In this document: positions 48,644-61,993 of the stretch, in pieces
Position numbering within the stretch: the first letter of the stretch is position 1
Layout: every line of letters starts with the position of its first letter
NCBI GenBank assembly: GCA_038087875.1
Contig: CM075991.1
Coordinates: forward strand, 4,216,001 to 4,280,000
Source: Malacoraja senta
Taxonomy: Eukaryota
DNA length: 64,000 nucleotides
Direction of reading: 5' to 3'
Notes under the pieces: generated by a model
Told to the model about the DNA's origin: nothing
The model's database searches: none
What the model saw: only the letters and a program-made list of their open reading frames with translations
Program-made: the position numbers and the translations under genes

Positions 48644-49632
48644 GCTCGGAGGAGGAGCCATCTTGGGGAACGGATGCTAACCAGCAGCCGTCCGTTAAAT
48701 TCACTTTTTTTCTTAGTTTTTAGTTTTTTTGGGTCTATGTCTGTTGGGGAATTTTGACTTTTCATGTGGAGGGGTAAGGGGGAAACTATTTTCTAGGTCC
48801 CTACCTGGTCGGTGAGGCAGCTTTTTCTCCGGGCTGCCCCGTCGACCCGTCCTTGCGGCCTACCATCAGGCCTGGAGCGGCGTTTCCTGGCGGGGACTGC
48901 CCAGCACCTTCAGCTTCGGTGGCGGCACAGCGCTGGAGCGCTACCGCGGAGCGGAGCGGGCGATGCCTTGCCTGGGTCGCCGCGCTGGATCGACGCGCTG
49001 GAGCTCCGGTGAGCTGTGACCGCCGAGGTCAACACCTCCGGGCTGCGGGACTGTGGAGCCGCCAGCCGCGGGCGGCGGCGCCGACTCTATCATCGGGAGC
49101 CTCGGAGCTCCAAATCGGCGCGGCCTTGTCGGCTTCAGAAGCCAAGGACTCCGGTAGGAAATCGGCCGTTCCAGCCGTCCCAGCCGCTGTGAGGACTCTC
49201 CCGACGCCGGGGCAACTGCACCCGGCGAGAACGGCCAGGAACATCGGGCCTCCGTAGAGGCAACTGTGGAGGCCTCAATAGGCCTGACTTTGGGAGAACT
49301 GGGGTTGGGGACTGGACATTGTGCCTTCCCCCACAGTGGTAATCATTGTGGGGGGATGATTTCTGTGTGTGAATGATTATTTTATTCTGTGTCCAAGATG
49401 GCTGCCGGAAGGGAGAGTGGACGCTGGCGCGCTTTAGCTGCCGCTGCTCTCTCTTCCATAGTGTGTTTTTGATTTTTGTTTTTGGATTGAATTCTGTCTT
49501 TAATTTGTGTACTGGTGATGTCTTTACTATTTATTTCATTCCGCTTACATGTTTCGACACTATTTGTTAAACTTTGTAAGGTGTCCTTGAGACTCTTGAA
49601 AGGCTCCCATAAATAAAATGTATTATTATTAT
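48644..49632 (+). mobile_element. Non-coding GC-rich composite insertion with L2-type 3' tail, inside a CR1 fragment
   Basis: CR1 sequence resumes on both sides (TACA duplicated); tail gtaaggtgtccttgagact..cataaataaaatg(tat)n also at 14520-14585. Confidence 0.65.
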
Positions 49633-50487
49633 TACATCATTCCCTGAAAGTGGTTTCGCAGGTAGATGTGGTGTAGAAGAAGGCGTCTGGCATGTTGGCC
49701 TTCATCAGCCAGGGGAGTGAGTATAGAAGTTAGGACATTACGTTACAATTGTACAACATGCTAGAGCGACTACACTTGGAGTATTGTGTTCAGTTTTGCT
49801 CACACTGCTATAAGAAAAATGCCATCAAACTGGAAAGGTGCAGAGATTTACGAAGTTGTTGCCAGAACTCGAGGGCTTGAGCTATAGGGAGGTTGGGCAG
49901 GCTAGGACTTTTTCCCTTGGAGCGCAGGAGGCTGAGGGGTGAACTTATAGTGGTGTATAAATTCATGAGGTGAATATATGGGGTAAATGCAATCTTTCTT
50001 TTCAGGGTAGAGGAATCAAGAACTAGAGGACTTATATTTAAGGGGAGAGAGGAAGGATGTAATAGAAACCTGAGGGGCACATTTTTCATATATAGAGTGG
50101 TAGGTATATTGAAAGTGCCACTAGAGGTCCCACCACTGCCATTGTATGCAGCCTTATTTCTTGGGGTGGCATGGTGGCACAGCGGTAGAGTTGCTGCCTC
50201 AGAGCGCCAGAGACCCGGGTTTGATCCTGACTACGGATGCTGTCCGCCCCGTGACCTGCTTGGGGTTTTTTCCGGGAGCTCTGGTTTCCTCCCACACTCC
50301 AATGACATACAGGTTTGTAGGCTAATTGGCTTGGTATAATTGTAAATTGTCCAATGGATAGTGTTAATGTGCAGGGATCGCTGGTCAGCGCGCACTCGGT
50401 AGGGCCGAAGGGCCTGTTTCCGTGCTGTATCTCTGAACTAAATTAAAAGTATTGATTGCGGCAGGCACAATAACATTTTGACATGTC

Positions 50488-50624
50488 TTCTTCTTCTTGC
50501 GTATGGCGTGCACAGCCTGAAGTTGTAAGACAACTTGTTCTGTTTGATCTTCTGTTTGTGCACGCCAGGTTGATTGCATTCGTCGAAACAGGGTGGACAA
50601 CGTGAAGGTTGCAATCTCCCATCC
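50488..50624 (-). mobile_element. Short non-tRNA retroposon with (GAA)n tail
   Basis: 14-bp TSD CATTTTGACATGTC (50474-50487 / 50625-50638). Confidence 0.87.
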
Positions 50625-51763
50625 CATTTTGACATGTCAAGGATAGGAAAGGTTTAGTGGACTAATGGGAGTAGCTTAGATGGACATCTTATCGGACTGA
50701 AGGATGTTTCTAAGCTGTATGGCCGACTCTATTTGACATCCATTTAAAGGTGGAGGTAATGTACAATTTATTCTCAAATAAAAATAATCAAACAAAAAGT
50801 CCTAGTTTTCTACTTATTCTCTTGTCATTATTGACAAGGCATCCTGTAAATGTGACCATGTTGACTTCTCCAGCAGAATAATTCACTGAACTATCCAGGA
50901 CTGTGGATCAGGAGGATACTTTGGCCTCAGTAGATGTAATGAACTAGTATAATAAGATCATAGGGCATAAGAGCAGAATTAGATCATTCAGCCCATTGAC
51001 TCTACTCTGCCATTCGATCATGGCTGCTCTATTTTTCCCTCTCAAACCCATTCTCCCGCCTTCTCCCCACAAACATTGACACCCTTAATCAAGAAGTTAT
51101 CAATCTCCGCTTTAAAAATACCCTATTACTTGGTCTCCACAGCCATCTGCGGCAATGAACTCCATAGATTCACCACCCTCTGGCCACCCAACACCCTTCC
51201 CGCATCCAATCTATCCAGGCCTTTCATTGTTCGATAGGTTTCAATGAGATCCCCCTCATCCTTCTAAACTCCAGTGAGTACAGGCCCAGAGCCATCGAAC
51301 GCTCCTCACACGTGTGCCAAAGATGTCTCTTTGACTCTAGTTGGCAAAGACTCCATGGACCGAATGGATGTCGTTTGGAAATACATGAACGTATGTAGGA
51401 TATGGAAACTGCGGGGATGATGAGTTGACAGCCCAGCTCTGACTGACCTGGTTGAGCAATGCTGTGGTTTGGTCTCATGGTGCCGTGACGTGGCTGCACA
51501 GTGCAATTGCTCAACGTGGTCAGGCCAATACAGCTTCATCACATGTAGCCAACATCTCCCTTTGAGGAGACCACGTTGGTTCAGCTGTGGTCAGCAGAGG
51601 CCGCGGCCTCGTGTGACTCAGAGCCCAGACGTCTGACGTCAGCAACTAGAGCACGGAGATCAAAGCACATCCACAGGACACAGGGTTCTGGTGAAATGTC
51701 ACCAGGGCACGACTAAAACAGGAGGTCTGATGGAGGGACCGAGAGCAGGAGGTGGAGAGGATT

Positions 51764-52110
51764 ATAGACAATAGACAATAGGTGCAGGAGTAGGCCATTT
51801 GGCTGACCATCCCCAATCAGTATCCCGTTCCTGCCTTCTCCCCATATCCCCTGACTCCGCTATCTTTAGGAGCCCTATCTAGCTCTCTCTTGAAAGCATC
51901 CAAAGAACCTGCCTCCACCACCCTCTGAGGCAGAGAATTCCACAGACTCGCCATTCTCTGTGAGAAAAAGTGTTTCCTCGTCTCTGTTCTAAATGGCTTA
52001 CTCCTTATTCTTCAACTGTGGCCCCTGGTTCTGGACTCCCCCAACATCGGGAACATGTTTCCTGCCTCTGGCGTGTCCAAGCCCTTAACAATCTTGTATG
52101 TTTCAATGAA
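51764..52110 (-). mobile_element. CR1-type LINE 3' fragment
   Basis: matches the 12838 and 28974 copies. Confidence 0.88.
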
Positions 52111-52744
52111 ACATATAGGATTGGTTCAATGGTTCTTTATTCTCACATGTACCTAGACACAGTGAAATTATTTTTTGTGCACAGATCAGTAACATTATTG
52201 CCTTATGTATGTACAACCCCCAATTAAGTACAGAATGTATAGAAACAGCCCAGAGTGCACATATGATATGACACGATACAATGCGATATGATACGATAGA
52301 ACTTTATTTATCGCAGGATGGAAATTGATCTGCCAACGGTCATTAAACACAAGAAATATGAAATATGAAATTAAAATGATGAGTGGAAAGGATTGGGGAT
52401 GTGCAAAGATTACGGGGGGGGGGGGGAGCGTCAGTCAGAAGGGGGGGAGTGCAAGAGTCGCCAGGTTTGGGCACCATTTTCAAAGTCCCAGCTGCGGCTG
52501 GTCATGAAGGTTTGTTGCAGACGTGGCCATGATCTGAATCGTCCTGCAAACCGTCGCCCCTCTCCTCGCCCGGCCACCTTCAGCCTTTGGCTAAACAACC
52601 ATTTGCCTTGTGAGTGAGCAGAGGGTCTGCAGTGTCACTGCATGGCCCCTTCCTCAGTAACATGTCACAACATGCAGCATTCAGCCTGTGTGCTTTGAGA
52701 TGGTTACTGGTGGCTTGTTTCTGCAGGAGAGCAAAGTTAGGTGC

Positions 52745-52962
52745 AGACACAAAATGCTGGAGTAACTCAGCGGGACAGGCGGCATCTATGGAGAGAAGGA
52801 ACGGGTGACGTTTCGGGACGAGACCCTTCTTCAGACTGATCAGTCTCTCGACCCGAAACGTCACCCATTCCTTCTTTCCAGAGATGCCGCCTGCCCCGAT
52901 GAGTTACTCCAGCCTTTTGTGTCTATCTTGTTTAAACCAGCATCTGCAGTTCCTTCCTACAC
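52745..52962. repeat. Palindromic Penelope-derived repeat
   Basis: inverted arms around cagactgatcagtct. Confidence 0.85.
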
Positions 52963-53042
52963 CCAATGTTATATGTGGTTAGCGCCCTTAAAATCTCACC
53001 GATGATGATGAAACCAGCTTGTGTTTCTGTAAGAGATGATTC

Positions 53043-54412
53043 ATAGCACAATCCGAATTTGGAAACAAATAAAACAAAATTTAAAATTAAGAAATTTATC
53101 ACTTTTATTACCCATAGTTAATAACCCTTCGTTTAATCCCTCTATTATAGATAAAGCTTTTACACATTGGGATAGACTAGGAATTAAAACACTCGGTGAC
53201 TTGTATGAAACTGGAAAATTACTTTCATTTCAACAATTACAAATAAAATATAAACTCGGAAATAATCAATATTTTAAATATTTTCAAATATGCGACTATT
53301 TGAAAAAATATACAAAAGATCATTATAATAACCCAGCAGATGTATTGGATGAGGCAATGCAGATAAAAGCTGAATCAGCAAACTTAATATCATATTTGTA
53401 TAATACTATCTTAAATGTAGAAATACCATCAACGGAGGGTATCAGAAGAGACTGGGAACAAGAGTTAGCTATTAAAATTTCAAAGGAAAGTTGGAATGAA
53501 CACTTATTAAACGTGCATAAATGTTCGATTAATGTAAGACACACTTTAATACAATTTAAAATTTTACATAGATTATATTATTCCAAAACTAAAATCCATA
53601 AAATTTTCCCAAATGTATCATCTATTTGTGATAAATGTCAATCCCAAGAAGCTACTATAACGCACTCATTTGTTTTCTGTACAAAAATTCAAAAATTTTG
53701 GAATGAAATTTTCGAAATCTTTACAAAATTATTTAAAATAAAACTGATACCCAAAGCAGAATGGATTATCTTCGGAATAACGGAAGATGGTCCAGAACTA
53801 ATTGTGTTTCAAAAGAAACTAATAGACTATGGGTTAATAACTGGAAAAAAGCTAATCCTAACATTTTGGAAGAAGGCTCCAATACCAACTATAAACATGT
53901 GGATTTCAAATATGTTTGAAACATTACACCTAGAAGAGATAAGACTCCTCCTGGCAGGTAAACCAGATCACTTCCACCTGACGTGGTCTGCATTTATAGA
54001 ATTATTACAAATATAGGGTGCAAAGGTACCTTAAAAAAATTGAGGTCAGGTTATGGGGGATGATAGTTGAAGAGTTGGTATGTCCCATTTGCGTAATGCT
54101 CATAAAAAATATTTGTTTCTCTCTTTTTCCTCTTTCTCTTTCTCCTTTTCTAGGGTCTATTTCTTAACTCTTTTTCTTTTGTTTTTAATTTTGTTCTTAT
54201 AGGGTCTTCGTCCTTTTTTGTTGTCACATTTTCTACACTCTCACTTTTTCCTTCACTTTCTTCTTTCTTTCAATCTTATCCTTTCCTTTTACTAGTGTAA
54301 AAAACAAATGGAGTACATTAATTGTAAGAAGACATAAGTGACGAGTACTAATGTATGTGGTTGTAATGTAATGTACTTCTAATAAATAAAAAATTTAAAA
54401 AAATATTTAAAA
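53043..54412 (+). mobile_element. 5'-truncated L1-clade LINE (ORF2 C-terminus, 3' UTR, A-rich tail)
   Basis: uninterrupted 326-aa frame with QFKILHRLY and CCHC knuckle CDKC..HSFVFC; T-rich UTR; AATAAA; 12-bp TSD AAGAGATGATTC (53031-53042 / 54413-54424). Confidence 0.93.
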
Positions 54413-57400
54413 AAGAGATGATTCGTGTTGCTGGGACAAGTGCTGGAAGGTCTTTAACAGCAGAACCTGATGAATAATGATACGAGAAGATCAACTCCAT
54501 GGCTTTTGGACTTTGCCACTGAGGTCCACGAGAAAGATGTGCAAACTAAGGAGAGATATGTCATTAATGTGTGCAGGGCAAGGAGCCCATCACAAAGTGG
54601 TGGAGTAACTCAGCGGGTCAGGCAGCATCTCTGGAGGACATGAATAGGTGACGTTTAGGGTCGGGATTCTTCCTCAGACCTTTATGCAGTCTGCTCTCAC
54701 TGCCCCTCAGTTCCTTTGGCTCAGCATCTGACAGCTTTGCAAACCTCTTGTAAAACCAACATAATGATGTATTCGAGAGAGAGTTAGATATAAGCTCTTA
54801 GGGCCGAAGGAATCAAGTGGTATGCAGAGAAAGCAAGAACGGGGGTACTGAATTTGGATGAACAGCCATGATCATATTGAATGGCGGTGCTGGTTCAAAG
54901 GGCCGAATGGCCCACTCCTGCACCAATTTTCTATGTTTCTATAATCAAGGACAAATCTCCAACTTCTTCCCTCTCCGATTGATCAAGAGGTACAAAAATA
55001 TTAAAACGCACACCTCCAAATTCAGCAACAGTTTCTTCCCACCTGTTATCAGGCAACTGAACCATTAAATCGCCAACTAGACAGCGGTCCCAAGCTACTA
55101 TCAACATCAGTGGAGATCCTTGGAATATCTTAGATGGGACTTTACGGGACTTTATCTTGCATTAAACGTTTTCCCTTTAACATGTACACTGTGGATGGCT
55201 CGCTTGTAATCGTGTATAGTCTTTCTGCTGACTGATTAGCTTGCAACAAAAACAGATTTTCATTGTACCTTGGTACACGTGACAATAAACAAAACTAAGT
55301 GGCAGGAGAGACCACACTTTGTGGTTTGTCCTGACACCCACTGGCCCCAACCGGTACTGCAATGCAAAGGTCTCTATTCCAACCATAAGAACTATCAGTC
55401 TGAAGAAGGGTCTCGACCCGAAAGGTCGCCTATTCCTTTGCTCCATAGATGCTGCCTCACTCGCTGAGTTTCTGCAGCATTTTTGTCTAACAAAAGAACA
55501 GAAGGAATCAGAACAGGAGTCGGCCACTTGATGTTAGCACAAGGGTGAGGGTGGAGGCAGGGTCAGAGAGTTGGTCCAAGCAGACTCTGTCCCCAGCCTG
55601 ATCAGCTCAAACCAACCTCCCTTCCCACCCCTTTCTTCCCACCCCATTGTGCATCAATGAACTCCCTTAACTAGAGATACAAGGAACCACAGTAAAAATG
55701 GAGGAGGCCCAGGGCCCCACAGTGGTGCCATGGAAGTGTTACTGCCTTACAGAGCCAGAGACCTGGGTTTGATCCTGAGACGAGTGCTTGTCTGTACAGC
55801 ATTTGTACATTCTCCCTGTGGCCGCGTTGGGTGCTCCCGTTTCCAAAGACGTGCAGGTTTGTAGGTTAATTGGCTCTGTAAATGGTAGGCCCAAAGGGCC
55901 TGTTTCCACGCTGTATCTCAAAACTAAACTACCGATGCTAGAATCTTGAGAGAAACACAAAGTGCTGGAGTAACTCAGCAGGTCAGGCAGCATCTGCGGA
56001 GGGAATTGAAGGGTCCCAACCCGAAACGTCACCTATCCATTCAGAGATGCTGTCTGGCCTGCTGAGTTATTACAGCAATTTGTGTCACCGTCAAATATTT
56101 GCTTCAACTGCTGATTATCATCTTGAATTATTCAACAAATTAAATTGGAGATTTAGGGATATTAGTTAGCGCATGAAAGTGGTGCTGGATTGGCCATGAT
56201 CTTACTGAATGGTGGAGCAGCCACGATGGGTTACTCACAGAGACCTAGAGAAATGCAGCACAGAAACAGGCCCTTCAGCCACCCTGGTCCTGGTGAAAGC
56301 TGGAAGAGAAGATAGATAGGGTGGGACAAAGCCTAATGGGTAATAGGTGGATACAGATGAAGGTGTTTTTTAATGGGCAGATGGTTGGACAAAGGCCAGC
56401 ACTGAAAAGACAAAAGGTTTGAGATAAGGATAGAAGTGTGAATTATTTAATTTAGTTTTGAGATCCATGGAAACTGGGTGATCACCCTCCGGCTCACCCA
56501 GTCCGCACCGACCAGCGATCCCTGCACATTAACACTACCCCACATACACTAAGGACAATGTTATATTTAAATTAAACCAATTACCGACAAACCTGTACTT
56601 CTTTGAAGTTTGGGAGGAAACCGAAGATCTTGGAGAAAACCCACGCAGGTCCAGGGGGAGAACGTTTGTACAAACTCCGTTCAGACAAGCACGCATAGTC
56701 AGGATCGAACTCGGGTCAATGGCGCTGTATGCAGCAACTCTACCGCTGCGCCCCCCCTTATGTGAAACGTGGTGGTAGAGCTAATGTCTTACAGTGCCAG
56801 AGACCCGGGTTCGATCCTGACCACGGGTGCTTATCTGTACGGAGTGTAAGTTCACCCCGTGACCAGCGTGGGGTTTCCCCGGGTGCTCCAGTTTCCACCC
56901 ACACTGCAAAGATGTACAGGTTAATTGGGTTGGTAAATGGAAAATTGTCCCTAGTGTGTGTAGGGTAGTGTTAATGTTCGGGGATCGCTGGTCGGTGCAG
57001 ACTCTGTGGGCTGAAGGGCCTGTTTCTGTGCTGTATCGCCAAACTAAACTAAACATAACTAAACTCTTCCTTTCTTCCTCCCCCCCACATCAGTCTGAAG
57101 AAGGGTTTCGACCCGAAACGTTGCCTATTTCCTTCGATCCATAGATGCTGCCTCACCCGCTGAGCTTCTCCAGCATTTTTGTCCACCATAACTAAACTCC
57201 CCACGGATTCAGCCTGTCCTGCAGAATCTTTGCAGCATTCAAAGTTTTCCCTTTTTTATTGGAATCAGCATTGATTCAGCCAGTGGGCACTAGAGGGAGC
57301 TAGAGTATAACTGAGGGAGTGGATAGACACTGTGGCAGAGTGGGAGAGAGACAGAGGGAGGGAGAGAGACAGAGGGAGGGAGGGAGAGAGATGGAGAGAG

Positions 57401-58795
57401 ACGGAGGGAGGGAGGGAGGGAGGGAGAGAGAGAGAGAGAGAAAGGAAAAAAGATTTGAAGGGGAAAGAGGAAAAAAGAATAACGTTGGGGGGAAATGGAG
57501 AGTAGAAATGCAAAGAAATGTAGAAATGTCGAGAGTCAGGATGGAACCTGGGTCACTGGCGCTGTAAAGCAGCAACTCTACCGCTGTGTCACTGTTGGGA
57601 GAGGCAAAGTGTAAAGGACACGGTGCAATGTTTTTAACACAGAGAGTGTTGGGTGCCTGGAATGCACTGTTGGGGATGATGGTGGGAGCTATGAAAGTGG
57701 CATTTAAGAGGCGTTTAGATATTTAAGATACGCAGGGCATGGAGGGATATTAAACACTTGCAGGCAGACAAAATTAATTTAACGTGGCACTATTGTTGCC
57801 CATGTTAATGTGCTGTACTGTTTATGTTCTATGCTCACACTGACGTCTACCTAATCCATAATTCATAAAGCAAATAATGTGTGAATCCAGCAAATAAAAC
57901 AGATAATTTGCTTCCTTAAAAGTAGATTTATATTCAAATTGCTCACAGCGGGAGCAAGGGGCTAAATCAAAGTGTTTATGATAAACAGCTATATAAATAA
58001 AACTGTTACCTCTCTCTCATATCAAGAACAAGCTGAAACTGCACCAAAATGAATCATCGAGATTGTTTCAAAACTGGAAAAGGCCACTCGGCCCCTTGAG
58101 CCTGTTCTAGCATTGAATGAGATCACGGAGGTTTCATGTACCAGCTCGAGCCGCCTGCTGTACCTCTCAACATTGTGGATCAACTTCAGACTTAACATTA
58201 ACAGTGGCTGCAGCATCGATTACTGTACGGAAAAACACAGAGGCTGAATGAGTCAGCCAGTCTGGCTGCGACTGGTCGATGTGCACTGCTGAGGGCCCTG
58301 CATTACAACATGCGTCTTACTTTGAGAGGACTGTGGCAGCAGATGGCGACAACACCCTATGCAACCGTGACCTGAGAACACAGGAGACAGACACATAATG
58401 CCGGGAAAACTCACTGGGACAGGCAGAATCTCTGGGATGAAGGGATGGGTGATGTTTCGGGTTGAGACCCTTCTTCAGACCCAACCCCAATATCACAGAG
58501 CCTGGGGGGTCGGGATGGGGGGCAGGGGACAGGGACGGGGGATGGGGAGGGGGGGGGGGACACCTCGCAGGGGCTGAACCAGGGCAGGGCTGATGTACAG
58601 ACAGGGTGGGTAAATGTCCGTCAGAAGGACATGATAATAAAGGAGTAGGCCATTCAGCCCCTCCAGCCTACCCTGCTGTTCCAAAAAATCATGACTGGGC
58701 AGGAATATCTTTAGCCAGAGGGCGGTGAATCTGTGGAATTCATTGTCACAGACAGACAGCTGTGGAGGCCATATCATTGGGTATTTTTAAGGAAG

Positions 58796-58915
<120 letters not shown>

Positions 58916-61793
58916 TACTTGTACAGGGAATGGAGGAAAATCGATTACATGCAGGCAGGTAAGAGTTGGTCTTGGCATCATGTTTAGCACCAACATTGTG
59001 GGCCGAAGGGCCTGTTCTTGTACTATACTGCACTATGTTCCATACTCTATGCCATCTTGGCACAATGAATGGGATTTCAGCACCAGTTAGTGAGCGACGC
59101 GTCTGCAAAGCCTCACAGGAAGGAAGACGTCCGAACCTTGACCAAGACAGCAGCTCAGGAACAAACTGCTTTCCTCCTTCGAGCAGCCAGGTCTTGCCCG
59201 TGTTGGGAGTGGCCGCGAAGATCAGCAGGGAAGAGCGATCTGCGAGGAATCGGATCGCAGGAGGAGGGAGGAAAGGAAGGAAAGACGCATGCTGGAATTG
59301 AGAAGAAGCTGGCGTTGAAGACAGAGAGCGGGAAGGACCTGCCGAGCGTGTGGCCTCTTCCTGAACCATCACTCCTGCACCAAATAACCTGAGATAATCA
59401 ACATATTCAAGATGTTCCTCTCCCAGCAATGTTCTCCTCTCCCCCTTCCCCCTCCTCCTCCCCACTGCCTGCTTCCTCTGGGATTACAGTTCCAGGACTG
59501 GTGCATTAACCTTTCACCACTTCCATTTGCGGTCCTCAGCCCAGTCCATTTGCAGCTCAAACTCCTAATGACTTTAAGGGCCACGTCGTTAAGGCAGAGG
59601 GACTCCATTCATCACTGCTGCTCAACACGAGATTTTACTTTGAAGAGAAAGGTGTCAGAGGGTAGACAAAAGTGCAGGAGAAACTCAGCGGGTGCAGCAG
59701 CATCTATGGAGCGAAGGAAATAGGCAACGTTTCGGGCCGAAACCCTTCTTCAGATTTTCCAGCATCTGCAGTTCCTTCCTAAACAAGGTGTCAGAGGGCC
59801 CTTATCGGGAGAAGAGCGGCGATCTTTCCCTGTACCAGCTGCCATGAAGGAACAATCGTAGAAGGAAGAGCCTCCTGCCAATACCCAACACAAACGAGAC
59901 AGAGATTATTTATTTCAAAGGTAGACACAGAATGCTGGAGTTACTCAATGGGACAGGCAGCATCTCTGGAGAGAAGGAATGGGTGACATTTCGAGTCGAG
60001 TCCTCTGAAAAAGGGTCTCGACCAGAAACATCAGCCATTCCTTATCTCCAGAGATGCTGCCTGTCTCGCTGAGTTACTCCAGCATTTTGTGTCTATCTTC
60101 GGTTTAACCAGCATCTGCAGTTCCTTCATACACATATGTATTTATATCAGCAGCTTTAGCTTGCGACTGCACTGTGGGTCAAACAATCTTCTTCTAAACT
60201 TAGGAGAACATGGATTCATCAGTCTGATGAAAGCCACTGACCCGAAACGTCACCTATGCATGTACTCCAAAGATGCTGCCTGACCCACTGAGTTTCTCCA
60301 ACACTTTGGGTCTTACTTTGTAGACCAGCATCTGCAGTTCCTTGTATCTACTGTATTTCCAAGCTGCTTCCTTACTTCAGTTTTCTTTACTTTCGAGACA
60401 CAGCGCGGAAACCGTCCCTTTGTCTCACCGAGTCCACGGTGACCAGCGATCCCATACACTAGCACCATCCTACATATTAGGGACAATTTACAATTTACAG
60501 AAGCCAATTAACCTGCAAACCTGTATGTCTTTGGAGTGTGGAAGGAAACCGGAGCACCCGGAGAAATCCCACAAGGTCACAGGGAGAACGTACAAACTCT
60601 GCATAGACAGCACGGGTCTTTGCACGATTTCATCGCTCCATCACTGGCCGGCTGCCTTCCACTTTTTAAGCTCTCAATCTTGGAATTACCATCCTAAGCA
60701 TTGCTAACTCCTTGCTTCATATAAACGCTCTTTCTTGCTTTGGCCAAGCTGTTGGTGAGGTGTCCGGTGTCCTCCGATGTGACCCAGTGACTTTCATCAG
60801 TTCACAAGTCATAGGAGCAGGATTCGGCCATTTGGCCCATCGTGTCCACTCCGCCATTCAATCGTGGCTGATCTATCTTTCTCTCTCAACCCCATTCTGC
60901 TGCCTTCTCCCCGTAACCCTTGACGACCCTTGACATACTCCAAATGCGGTCTGACCAGTGCCTGAGAAAGCCTCACCACAACATTCCTGTTTTTATACTC
61001 AAGACCTCTCAAAATAGATGCTAACATTGCATTTGCCTTCCTTATTATCAATTCAACTTGCAAACTTGCAAATGAACCTTTCCAGTGTAAGCTTCTTGCA
61101 TAGAAACATAGAAACATAGAAAATAGGTGCAGGAAGAGGCCATTCGGCCCTTCGAGCCAGCACCGCCATTCATTGTGAACATGGCTGATCGTCCCCTACC
61201 AATAACCAGTGCCTGCCTTCTCCCCATATCCCTTGACTCCACTAGCCCTAGAGCTCTATCTAACTCTCTCTTAAATCCATCCAGTGATTTGGCCTCCACT
61301 TGCCCTCTGTGGCAGGGAGGCCAAATCACTTACATCAGCTCAGGAGGAGGCCATTCAGATCTGTGCTGACTCCCAGAGCAGCAATTCCCATTGGTCCCTT
61401 TCCCACCTTCTATTTTCCGGTACCCCTGCAGATTATTCCCTCTCACACAACATCCCTAAACCCATCGGAATAATTTTGTCATTAACCTACACTGAGGGAT
61501 AATTTACAATAGCTAATTAACCATCCATTTGTGTTTTTTAAATTTGTTTTATAATTGCTCCTGGGATTAGGTACCAGAGCATTTAATCAGCTTATTCTTT
61601 ATTTCCACAAATCTGAAATTCAGTCATTGGTATCCCTAGAGTGCTCCAGTTTCCTCCCATATCCAAAAGCCAAGAAAGTTACTAGATTATACCAAAGATA
61701 TAGACGCAAAGTGCAGGAGTAACTCAGGAATAACTCAGAGGGTCAGGCAGCATCTCTGGAGAATAAGGATGGGTGACATTTCATGTCGGGACC

Positions 61794-61993
61794 NNNNNNN
61801 NNNNNNNNNNNNNNNNNNNNNNNNNNNNNNNNNNNNNNNNNNNNNNNNNNNNNNNNNNNNNNNNNNNNNNNNNNNNNNNNNNNNNNNNNNNNNNNNNNNN
61901 NNNNNNNNNNNNNNNNNNNNNNNNNNNNNNNNNNNNNNNNNNNNNNNNNNNNNNNNNNNNNNNNNNNNNNNNNNNNNNNNNNNNNNNNNNNNN
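61794..61993. other. Assembly gap (200 N)
   Basis: N run. Confidence 1.

Noticed and set aside
48853..49257. 134-aa Ala/Arg-rich ORF
   Set aside because: Expected by chance in GC-rich repeat sequence; no domain recognised
53036..54016. 326-aa ORF as a host gene
   Set aside because: L1 ORF2 C-terminus; its ATG comes from the TSD
61640..61793. Similarity to 21400-21560 suggesting a second ADAM paralogue
   Set aside because: The shared sequence is made of SINE and Penelope fragments; no ADAM exon nearby
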